Source of the DNA: Candidatus Woesearchaeota archaeon
Lineage (GTDB): Archaea; Nanobdellota; Nanobdellia; Pacearchaeales; UBA284
DNA length: 46,184 nt
Direction: 5' to 3'
Assembly (NCBI GenBank): GCA_964493265.1
Contig: CAZBLY010000002.1
Location: 43,962-90,145 of the forward strand
Positions within the stretch are counted from its first letter, which is position 1; every line of letters starts with the position of its first letter. The position numbers and the translations under genes were made by a program. The notes below the pieces were generated by a model. That model saw nothing but the letters and a program-made list of their open reading frames with translations. It did no database searches and was not told the DNA's origin. This document shows positions 35,301-42,544 of this stretch, one piece after another.

Positions 35301-38300
35301 GCAAATAATCCCAGCCCCTCTTTATGTTGTTAATGATGCTTTTATTAGTAAATTTGAACAAGGAAGTCGAAATATAATGTTTGACAATAAGGGTTTTAGA
35401 TATGCTGAATTTAATTTTGAAAGTACTTATTATATTGCAATACTTGCTTCTCAAGGTGATGGAATTTTTAGTATTGAAAAACTTTATGAAATTGATAAGG
35501 AAAAATTGCTAAATAATAAAGGAATTATTAAAGAAAGATATGAAAAAGAAGAATTGGTTCCTCAACTAAAATTAATGAAGATAGCAGATGTCCAAGAAAT
35601 AGATATTACTTTATGTAATAATAATATGATTTCAAGAGGTTTAGATGATGGCGAGCCTTGGAATACTGTAAAGTTCTGGGAGTCTGGCCCTTATAAAGGT
35701 CTTGTAGCTTATCTACCTCTAAGAAAAAATGATGGTTGGTATATGGCAACAACATCTTATACAGGAATGGAAGGTGCTATGACTGCTTATAAAGAATCAG
35801 GAAATATTAACACTTTTTATATTTGTAATGTTGGACAGGATGGAATCCCTAATTTTGATTTTTTAAGCGGGCAAAAAGGAGATGATTGTTGTACTTTAGT
35901 TTCAGCTGTTCAGGGAATTCAAAATTTAGAAATTGCTCCATTAAATGCTGCTGGCTCTAAGGCAGTTCATCAAGAAGCTATAAAATGTGCTTCAGAAGCA
36001 AGTAGACAATTTTTACAAGGCAGCAGAAAAATTTCTACTTCATGTGTAAGAACTTTGGTTCATGGAAAACCCCCAAGTTCTAGAGCAACAGTAGAATGTG
36101 AAGATTTTATGTCTCCAAGTGATTGTTGGAAAATGTTCAATTTATGCGATCCTGTAATGTGTCCTCCATCAAGATGTGATTTTGGCGGAAGAATGCCGGT
36201 AAGTAATGTTGTTCAATCAGGAGTTATTGGCTCATTATTATTATGCTGGCCTAATTTTGAAGGCGGCAGGGGTGTTTTAGTTCCAATATGTTTGACAGGA
36301 GTTCATGCCGGTCTTGAGAGTTTTACAGGGGTTCTTAAGTCTGGAAGAGATTGTTTACAAGAACAATTAGATACTGGAAGAACAATAGGGATATGTGATC
36401 AGATTATGTCTGTTTATATGTGTGAATTTTTTTGGCGTCAGTTTGATCCTTTTATAAAAGCTGGATTGCCTGCAATAACAGAATCTCTAATGAATAGAGG
36501 TGGGGGAGAATATGCTTTATTTAGTGATTCATGGAAACAATCTATAGAAGGTGTTAATTACTTTACAGACTTTTATGGTAAAAATCAAATACAGGCTTTC
36601 AAAGCAAGGTCAACAGCTCAGATTGGAAGTGAAATTTGTAAAAAGTTTGTTTCAGTTGCATATCCAACCCAGGCAAAATTCTGGGATGAATTATCTGAAC
36701 CAGAAAGTCCTACACAGGTAACAGCATGGTTTGATGAAATTGCTGTTGGTGGTCCAAGTCCTGAAGGCCATTATAAAGTTTTTTCTTATATTTGGGCTGG
36801 CAAGGATCAAGGAGTTTATTATTCTGTTTATCTAACAAACCCTTCAACAACCGGTGGTTATTATCAAACACCTGAATATTATCCTGTTCCAAAAGCTTCT
36901 GGTTATCTTAAAGCAGGGGAATATATAAGCATTAGTCCGGATTTTAGAGCCCCAAGCGGTTATAAGGAAATTTGTGTTAATATTAATGGACAACCAATTT
37001 GTGGTTTCGGTCAGGCTACAACAGATTTTGCATTAAAAGAATTACAAAATCTTTATATTGAAAGTCAGGCAACAGATGATATTAAGACAGCTAAAGAATG
37101 TGTTTCTGGAAAGCCAACAATTATTCCAACTGCTACTTTAAATATTCAATCTGCTGTAGAACATTCTTTAGAACCTAGCATCTATAAAAAAGGCATTATC
37201 AGAATTTGCAGCAAATTAAATCCAGGAACAGGAACAGGAAAATCAAATTGGAAAAATATTGGATATTGTGATAATCCTGATGTTGGTTGTTGGTTAGATA
37301 CAAATAGTGTTGAAGGGGCTGTTTCTGACCTTGGTATAAAAGAAGAAATTATGCAAGAAGCTGAATTTAAAGATATGCAGCACATGATTGACAAACTTGG
37401 ATATGATCATCCAGATGAGAGTAGAGCTAAAATAGATAAGATAAGAAAAAAAATTCCTGATGTTAAAGAATCAGCTGAAAGATTAATGGATGAAATAGAT
37501 AAAATCGAGAAAATAGAAGATTTGGAAAAACAAAAAACAACATATAATACTAAAGCGAAGATTATAGATAAAACTATTAGTTCTCTTATAGGGGAATTCC
37601 AGGACACACTTGCAACATGTGTGAATGAAGAAGAAAAAGTTAAAGCAGAATGGCATATTGCCGAACTATTTGATTTAAGAACAAAACTTCTTTCAAAATT
37701 AGAAGTAGCAATACTAGAAAAAGAACTTGAAAAACAAATTAAAGAAGAAGGAAGAATAACATGTACTTCTTTAGGTGGGCAGTGGAAAGATAAATGTTCA
37801 GATTTTGAAGACCAAATAACAAGTGATGTTGGTTCAAAAGATAGATTAGAACATCCTGGCAAGGTTTGTTGTAAAATGATAGAAGCTGAATTACCTTTCC
37901 AAGCATGGCCTTCTGATACTATGAAATATATTATTGATTGTAAATGGTCTTCAGGAATTATGAAAAGATCTCCAATAGAAATAACAATCAGAAGCCCTAT
38001 GAAACCAATTATTAAAAGATGGAATGAAGAAGAACTTTATGTGAGAGTTATAGGGAGAGGAGTAGTTCTTCTAGCTGCTGATAATGAAAAACCAGGTAAA
38101 AAATACGTTATAGTTAAACATGGAGATTCTCTTTATACTTATTATGGAAATCTTAAGGAAATTGTAGTAAAGAATGGCAAAGTTGTGAATGAAAACAATG
38201 TTATTGGATTGGCAACTTCTACTACTGTATTTCCTATCAAGAGGGCAGAATTTACATTTAGGGTTTTAACGCGCCCTTATCTTGATTTAGATCATGAAGA

Positions 38301-40479
38301 AGATCCAATGTGTTTTTTTAGCAAAGATTTAGTTAAAAAGATTCCATATGATTATTTTAATGCTCTTTGTTATTCAACGAAAATGGAAGAATATTATGAT
38401 TCTCAAGAATGTGTTGAGGCAAGACGAAAAGCAATTGTACAAACTGGAGAATATGAAGAGCCTATTGGACCTTTTCCCCTTCCACCTTATGGAGAACCAA
38501 TTGGGCCAGAACCATCAGAGGAACCAATTATTGCAACAAAAACATTACAAGAAGCAGTAATTGTTATTGATCCTGGTCATGGCACTTATATTAAAGATGG
38601 GAAGACAATATATGATCCTGGAACAGTTTGGCCTTTACCTCCAAAAGAAGCTGAGTTCACAGAAGAAGAAATTGTTTTATCTATTTCTAAAAAATTAAAA
38701 ACACTTTTAGAAAATCAAGGGGCTACAATATATATGACAAGAGAAGATAGCAAGACACCCAAAACAAAAGGTTCTACTTTAGCTAATGATAAAAATGCTG
38801 ATCTTCTTCTTTCAATTCATGTTAATGGAGGGGGTGGAGATGGAACCGAAATATGGATTCCATGTGGTGGCTGCGAATCACCAGAAGAAATAAGAGAAGG
38901 GTTTTATTATTGTAAAGTTGAAGATTTATGTGAAACTAACGAAAGAGAATTTTTAGAAAGCAAACAAGTTAGTGAATATATTCTTGAAAAAATAACTAGT
39001 GCTATAGGAACAAGAAAAAGAGATTGGAGTGAAGAAGGAATTGGTTATAGTTTAAGTTATGGTATTTTAAAAGTTGATGTGCCTGCCATGATAATTGAAA
39101 CAGCTTTCTTATCAGATGAACGGGAAAGAGCTATTTTAACAGATGCTGAAGGCCAACAAAAAATTGCTAATGCTGTTTCTGATAGTTTAGCTGAATATTA
39201 TGGAACAGCTGAAATTATGGAAAAAAAATGTTCTGAAATTACAGATCAAACAAATTGCGAGATTAAAAAAGAAGAATGTTGGTTTGATTCTGATGATTCT
39301 ATATGTAAAAGTTGTCCTCAACTTGTTAGACCAAATGCTGGATGTGAAGGAGCTCGCGAAGGATTTTTTGACTGGGGAAAAAGAAATATTTTATTTAATA
39401 ATCAAAAAGATTGTGAAGAAAATAATTGTGGGCTTGATTGTAAGTGGTTAAATAATGAATGTGTTTCAAGTTCAGTTGCTGCTGAACAAGAAATTGACCC
39501 AGAACTTGAACAATATCTTAATGAGTTTGCAATAGAGAATTTAAAAACAGAATCTGGAATATATATTTGGCAAGAAATAACCCCGTCAGATACTTTGGCT
39601 TTGATGGATGCAAAAGTGGAATTTCAAGAAGTAGAAAGTCAACTTGGTCAATTTGCTGAACAATATGAAATTCAAGGCAATGAATATGTTCTTAGTTGGG
39701 AGGAAAAATTAAATTATAAAATAGAAGAAATTAATGAAGATCTTAATTCACAAATGTCAGATGAATGGGATGATTTTGTTAAAGAAGATGCTGAAAAATT
39801 AATAACTGAGAAACATAAGGCTGATTGTGCTGATTTTGCTATTCAACTTCTTGCAGATTTTGCAGAAAGTCTTTGTACTGATCTTGATAGAAATTATGAA
39901 CTTAATGTTTATGGTTCTTCTGGAAATCTTATTATTGGTGATGCAAGCAAAATAAGAGACAGCGTAGGAACAAGAGGATTATTAGATGATAGAAGCACTG
40001 TTAGAGCAATAGATTTAGAATTTATTAGCATTCAAAATGATTTATTAGGATATCCTCAAAGAATAAAACAAGATTCTTATAATCCAAAGAATCTTGAACC
40101 AGGGGATATTTTGATTTATAGATGGCGTGATGTAGGCAACAACGTTGGTGGTTGGGATAGTGTTGTTTATGTAGATAAAAAATATGTTGGAAAATATATT
40201 CCTGAACAAAAAGAAATATGGCAACACATTCTTGGAAAAGGAAATCTCGTTAATGGACAAATTAGTGCGGTAGAATATAGAAAAACAGTTAATTTTGATA
40301 TAAAAAGAGATAATTGGGAAGATATAATAATTGATGATGATTATTTAGCAGAAAAAGGAACAGTGGCAGCTTCTACTTTTTCAAGACAATATGGGAAATA
40401 TAATTATTACTTTTTAGATGAAGATCTTTATGATATTAGAAGATGGAATTTTCCTGAAGTTGTTGTTTGTAAAGCTTAA
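32359..40479 (+). CDS. Giant membrane-anchored/secreted multidomain protein, 2706 aa, with LytM-like and Amidase_3 cell-wall hydrolase domains
   Basis: An uninterrupted 8.1 kb ORF in a stop-rich AT genome. N-terminal hydrophobic anchor FLFVIGFIFILMAMILTSVLILA. Domains are described in the entries below. Confidence 0.85.
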   Translation: MKIEIQIKERTMFLFVIGFIFILMAMILTSVLILAEETPGFNQQVQSQPYIYENAQASPWMQVPWQDKYCNESEMGMDFIVEIPPDACTPAVVRSDLLEEQDVPVFCRMTGIKINPLIQIPYIKSIVPTVEDRSPEINYITFLPARYALSYYASKDQKPASFQGVPSMSNLGYLLIDLKSQPVEEKMPDNVRANISLKLRYDVGKTYGINEHQFILPLLGNDEWQKEYEKYNFWQGKGFLRLNEITGPNTAKVSVYTSVNSIPTTKEVRVGVVPGKGDEIMLPGFYCGVGVNLRLDEITVPKTRARLIVNGDELLIGEGEEIQDSDCYVVSIIPSLYSYGGDVKIRCGSKDPQFLSLEDLEANIEIRDGAEITSKKVGIGDDLELSKDVEGINHVYVGFIGKELAKDGLTDIMVLFQKENADALNEKSIEKISKVIHDYVEAKRQKALNVMSEGMWKTEIEKELIKKKHSELKKTKIYVVKKGAGYKDINGAKSEVKLVSVEGPMQAKYSNGVEAAYKEAIEQYKDIAYGYSETYNEEGTYYGIKAYDEAVKLAEYMHKTNDQVSLLQEMINKYSDSEEYEVIEEVEHAREILRRITAVGGDNVKQFKSQEGLFLIRLVSIEKPSTEMQSAEIEVDGVRKIYSIYTEVNDWEIINIDDASIILENKTGSKETIVKGSWKYLDKKKIYLIDTKIKREVKISVLPFEKERTTTVNFTVQIGIEKRAIKLSPEKTKDMIRNLDNLISKFEGINKNLGNVVSFWNKACYVGAGALWIKNFITGLGGKATARKMVMDKWSIKCSNKAYQNQIGAKSISDCYRKKETAINDDIEIMQNSLNGANDFIKDVKKQDGVMVSGGLLGLDKTPNEKKFMEVAQENFPQELRDIKIIGKDGQEIDSSEIIDNITSLNNQGYIFKDDVKDLHLRLDLYKNCQGNPDSVLCGSVLEGTYGQLDYFTESLENVETKSAYNSLFGHNPVVVREKDMQIIPAPLYVVNDAFISKFEQGSRNIMFDNKGFRYAEFNFESTYYIAILASQGDGIFSIEKLYEIDKEKLLNNKGIIKERYEKEELVPQLKLMKIADVQEIDITLCNNNMISRGLDDGEPWNTVKFWESGPYKGLVAYLPLRKNDGWYMATTSYTGMEGAMTAYKESGNINTFYICNVGQDGIPNFDFLSGQKGDDCCTLVSAVQGIQNLEIAPLNAAGSKAVHQEAIKCASEASRQFLQGSRKISTSCVRTLVHGKPPSSRATVECEDFMSPSDCWKMFNLCDPVMCPPSRCDFGGRMPVSNVVQSGVIGSLLLCWPNFEGGRGVLVPICLTGVHAGLESFTGVLKSGRDCLQEQLDTGRTIGICDQIMSVYMCEFFWRQFDPFIKAGLPAITESLMNRGGGEYALFSDSWKQSIEGVNYFTDFYGKNQIQAFKARSTAQIGSEICKKFVSVAYPTQAKFWDELSEPESPTQVTAWFDEIAVGGPSPEGHYKVFSYIWAGKDQGVYYSVYLTNPSTTGGYYQTPEYYPVPKASGYLKAGEYISISPDFRAPSGYKEICVNINGQPICGFGQATTDFALKELQNLYIESQATDDIKTAKECVSGKPTIIPTATLNIQSAVEHSLEPSIYKKGIIRICSKLNPGTGTGKSNWKNIGYCDNPDVGCWLDTNSVEGAVSDLGIKEEIMQEAEFKDMQHMIDKLGYDHPDESRAKIDKIRKKIPDVKESAERLMDEIDKIEKIEDLEKQKTTYNTKAKIIDKTISSLIGEFQDTLATCVNEEEKVKAEWHIAELFDLRTKLLSKLEVAILEKELEKQIKEEGRITCTSLGGQWKDKCSDFEDQITSDVGSKDRLEHPGKVCCKMIEAELPFQAWPSDTMKYIIDCKWSSGIMKRSPIEITIRSPMKPIIKRWNEEELYVRVIGRGVVLLAADNEKPGKKYVIVKHGDSLYTYYGNLKEIVVKNGKVVNENNVIGLATSTTVFPIKRAEFTFRVLTRPYLDLDHEEDPMCFFSKDLVKKIPYDYFNALCYSTKMEEYYDSQECVEARRKAIVQTGEYEEPIGPFPLPPYGEPIGPEPSEEPIIATKTLQEAVIVIDPGHGTYIKDGKTIYDPGTVWPLPPKEAEFTEEEIVLSISKKLKTLLENQGATIYMTREDSKTPKTKGSTLANDKNADLLLSIHVNGGGGDGTEIWIPCGGCESPEEIREGFYYCKVEDLCETNEREFLESKQVSEYILEKITSAIGTRKRDWSEEGIGYSLSYGILKVDVPAMIIETAFLSDERERAILTDAEGQQKIANAVSDSLAEYYGTAEIMEKKCSEITDQTNCEIKKEECWFDSDDSICKSCPQLVRPNAGCEGAREGFFDWGKRNILFNNQKDCEENNCGLDCKWLNNECVSSSVAAEQEIDPELEQYLNEFAIENLKTESGIYIWQEITPSDTLALMDAKVEFQEVESQLGQFAEQYEIQGNEYVLSWEEKLNYKIEEINEDLNSQMSDEWDDFVKEDAEKLITEKHKADCADFAIQLLADFAESLCTDLDRNYELNVYGSSGNLIIGDASKIRDSVGTRGLLDDRSTVRAIDLEFISIQNDLLGYPQRIKQDSYNPKNLEPGDILIYRWRDVGNNVGGWDSVVYVDKKYVGKYIPEQKEIWQHILGKGNLVNGQISAVEYRKTVNFDIKRDNWEDIIIDDDYLAEKGTVAASTFSRQYGKYNYYFLDEDLYDIRRWNFPEVVVCKA
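37921..38270 (+). other. Degenerate LytM/M23-like domain within the giant protein (aa ~1855-1970)
   Basis: GKKYVIVKHGDSLYTYYGNLKEIVVKNGKVVNENNVIGLA follows the M23 core pattern (G.yv.i.H..g..t.Y.hl....V..G..V..G..IG). The metal-binding HxxxD is absent, and HxH is replaced (AEFTFRV where PHLHFEV-like is expected). Confidence 0.4.
38557..39204 (+). other. N-acetylmuramoyl-L-alanine amidase (Amidase_3) domain within the giant protein (aa ~2067-2282)
   Basis: VIVIDPGHG, EEEIVLSISKKLKTLLENQGATIYMTRED, ANDKNADLLLSIHVNGG, VPAMIIETAFLSDERE and QQKIANAVSDSLAEYY. All four canonical Zn/catalytic positions (H, E, H, E) appear to be present. Confidence 0.8.
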
Positions 40480-40511
40480 ATTAAATTTTTCTAAAAATAA
40501 ATAAAAAGTAA

Positions 40512-40595
40512 TGCGGAGGACAGGATTCGAACCTGCGTAGGGACTGACCCATCAGGTCCTAAGCCTGACCCGTTTGACCACTCCGGCACCCCCGC
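40512..40595 (-). tRNA. tRNA-Leu (anticodon UAG), 84 nt with long variable arm, no intron, CCA not encoded
   Basis: The minus strand reads GCGGGGG TG CCG..CGG G TCAGG CTTAGGA CCTGA, then a long variable arm TGGGTCAGTCCCTAC, T arm GCAGG TTCGAAT CCTGT, and acceptor CCTCCGC A. Confidence 0.9.
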
Positions 40596-40619
40596 ATAAT
40601 AATTCTAACTTCTAAAGAC

Positions 40620-40627
40620 TTTTAAAA
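40620..40627 (-). promoter_or_regulatory. Candidate TATA box (TTTTAAAA) for tRNA-Leu
   Basis: Lies 25-32 nt upstream of the tRNA 5' end on the minus strand. Confidence 0.4.
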
Positions 40628-40679
40628 TTATCGAGAAAAATTTCAATTTAAATTAGAGAATATAAATTATAGAAGATAA

Positions 40680-40928
40680 TTAAGATATTAAATTTGCTGG
40701 GGCTGGCGAAATATAAATTATTGTATCTCCTCGAATAAATGCAAGACCAATATTTCTTTTTACTTCTCCTTTTTCTAATTCTTTTGTATTATCTAAGACT
40801 AAATTTATGTGAATGTCAAAAGCAAGTAGCTTACCAACAAATTGTCTGTCGCCTTTAAGATGTATAAGTATTTCCTTTTGTTTTGATTGATTCAATAAAT
40901 CCAAAGGTCTTTCAATTCCATTAATCAT
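40680..40928 (-). CDS. Sm-like archaeal protein (SmAP/LSm)
   Basis: Sm1 motif ILIHLKGDRQFVGKLLAFDIHINLVL and Sm2 motif IGLAFIRGDTIIYISP. Confidence 0.9.
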   Translation of the reverse strand: MINGIERPLDLLNQSKQKEILIHLKGDRQFVGKLLAFDIHINLVLDNTKELEKGEVKRNIGLAFIRGDTIIYISPAPANLIS

Positions 40929-41039
40929 TTTGTATTTGTTTTTTGCGGTTTTTTATTTTTTATTTATGTTTATATTAATTTCTCACGTTTTTAGTTTTTA
41001 AATCTTTTGTTATTCGACGAAAAATCAAGAAAAGAAAAA

Positions 41040-41047
41040 TATTTAAA
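41040..41047 (+). promoter_or_regulatory. Candidate TATA box (TATTTAAA) for rps8e, implying a leaderless or near-leaderless mRNA
   Basis: The box ends 21 nt before the ATG at 41069. Confidence 0.35.
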
Positions 41048-41068
41048 GACTTTTCTTATAGAATTTTT

Positions 41069-41446
41069 ATGGTAACTAGAAGAGGAAAAAAAATAACCGG
41101 TGGAAAGTATAAGAAAAGTAGAAAAAAAAAGTTTAGCGAATTAAAACAAAAACCGAGGGTTGTTTTATTAGGAAAAGAAAAAAAGAAAAAAATTAAAACA
41201 AGAGGCGGGAATTTTAAAATTATTCTTTTGAAAACAAATAAAGCCAATATTATGGATAAAAAAACCCACAAAGCAAAAAAAGTTGAAATAAAAAACGTTT
41301 CTGAAGTTCCTAGTAATATTTTTCTTGCAAGAAAAAATATTCTTGTTAAAGGGGCTGTAATAGAAACCAGTATTGGAAGAGCAAGAATTACAAACAGGCC
41401 CGGTCAAGAAGGTTTTGTTCAAGCAGTTTCAATAAAATCTGTTTAA
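41069..41446 (+). CDS. rps8e: 30S ribosomal protein S8e
   Basis: Conserved blocks GKKITGGKYKKSRKKK, TRGGNFKIILLKTNKANI, VKGAVIETSIGRARITNRPGQEGFVQAV. Confidence 0.9.
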   Translation: MVTRRGKKITGGKYKKSRKKKFSELKQKPRVVLLGKEKKKKIKTRGGNFKIILLKTNKANIMDKKTHKAKKVEIKNVSEVPSNIFLARKNILVKGAVIETSIGRARITNRPGQEGFVQAVSIKSV

Positions 41447-41582
41447 TTTTTTTATTTTTTTATTATATGAATTAAATATATGTATTGTAATCAACAAATA
41501 TTTAAAAAGCCATACCATAAGGTTTATAAACCTTTTTTCTTTTTGTTTATAAAGCTTTTGTTGAATTTTTAAGTAATAAAAA

Positions 41583-42542
41583 ATGCCATCTAGACATATA
41601 AAAAAGTGTCCCGAATGCGGTTCTAAGAATTTGATTTATGATGAACAAAAAGGAGAATTAGTTTGTAAGGATTGTGGACTTATTATTGAAGATAAAATGA
41701 TTGATATGGGTCAAGAATGGCGTCAATTTGAACAAGGAACTAAAAAAGGCCGTGGTGGAGCCCCTTTAAGTATGCAAAAATTTGATCAAGGTCTTACTAC
41801 TAATATTGGAGAAGTTTCTGATATTTATCAATTAGGATCTGAAAAAAGAATAAGAAAATTTTTTAGGTTAAAAAAATGGCAAGAGAGAGTTTCTACAAGT
41901 ATTGAAAGAAATCTAAGACTTGCTATGGCTGAATTAAGAAGAGTGGCTTCTTTCTTAAATCTTCCAAATTTTGTAAAAGAAGAATCTTCTAGAATCTATA
42001 ATCTTGTCCTACAACGTGGACTTGTAAGAGGAAGATCAATGGAAAGTGTTGTTTCAGCTTGTATTTATGCTGCATGTAGGAGTTATAGTATTCCTAGAAC
42101 ACTTGATGAAATTTCAGCTGCTAGCGATGTAGAGAGAAAAGAAATAGGTAGAACATATAGATTTATAACAAGAAAACTTTCTCTAAAAATTACTCCAAGT
42201 AATCCTAAAAATTATATTTCTAGATTTGCATCAATTTTGCATCTCTCTCCTAAAACACAAAATGATGCTCTAAAAATTCTAAAAAAAGCAGAGAGTTCAG
42301 AATTAACAAGTGGAAGAGGTCCGGCAGGGATTGCAGCAGCCGCTTTATATGTTGCCGCCCTTCTTAATGATGAAAAAAAGACACAAAGAGAGGTGGCAGA
42401 TGTTGCTGGGATTACAGAAGTTACAATAAGAAATAGATATAAAGAATTACTTGAAAAATTAGGGATGGAAGAGAAACTTAAGATTAAAGAAGCAGAATCA
42501 AAAAAGAAAAAGAAAAAAGAAATTAAGAAAAAGAAAATTTAA
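41583..42542 (+). CDS. tfb: Transcription initiation factor B (TFB/TFIIB)
   Basis: Zn ribbon CPECGSKNLIYDEQKGELVCKDCG, B-reader/linker, two cyclin repeats (GRSMESVVSACIYAACR, GRGPAGIAAAALYVAA) and a Lys-rich C-terminal tail. Confidence 0.95.
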   Translation: MPSRHIKKCPECGSKNLIYDEQKGELVCKDCGLIIEDKMIDMGQEWRQFEQGTKKGRGGAPLSMQKFDQGLTTNIGEVSDIYQLGSEKRIRKFFRLKKWQERVSTSIERNLRLAMAELRRVASFLNLPNFVKEESSRIYNLVLQRGLVRGRSMESVVSACIYAACRSYSIPRTLDEISAASDVERKEIGRTYRFITRKLSLKITPSNPKNYISRFASILHLSPKTQNDALKILKKAESSELTSGRGPAGIAAAALYVAALLNDEKKTQREVADVAGITEVTIRNRYKELLEKLGMEEKLKIKEAESKKKKKKEIKKKKI

Positions 42543-42544
42543 TT

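Noticed and set aside
32511-40260. Short ORFs inside the giant gene on either strand: 32511-32696, 33827-34018, 34416-34622, 35203-35454, 36710-36892, 37182-37394, 37407-37862, 38348-38560, 39200-39451, 40045-40260.
   Set aside because: All are nested in the single 8.1 kb frame, which carries recognisable domains. None has motifs of its own.
29893-40595. Integrated mobile element or provirus between the two tRNAs.
   Set aside because: No integrase, transposase, capsid or terminase-like gene and no tRNA-fragment direct repeat could be found by eye. It is kept only as a low-confidence island hypothesis in the findings.
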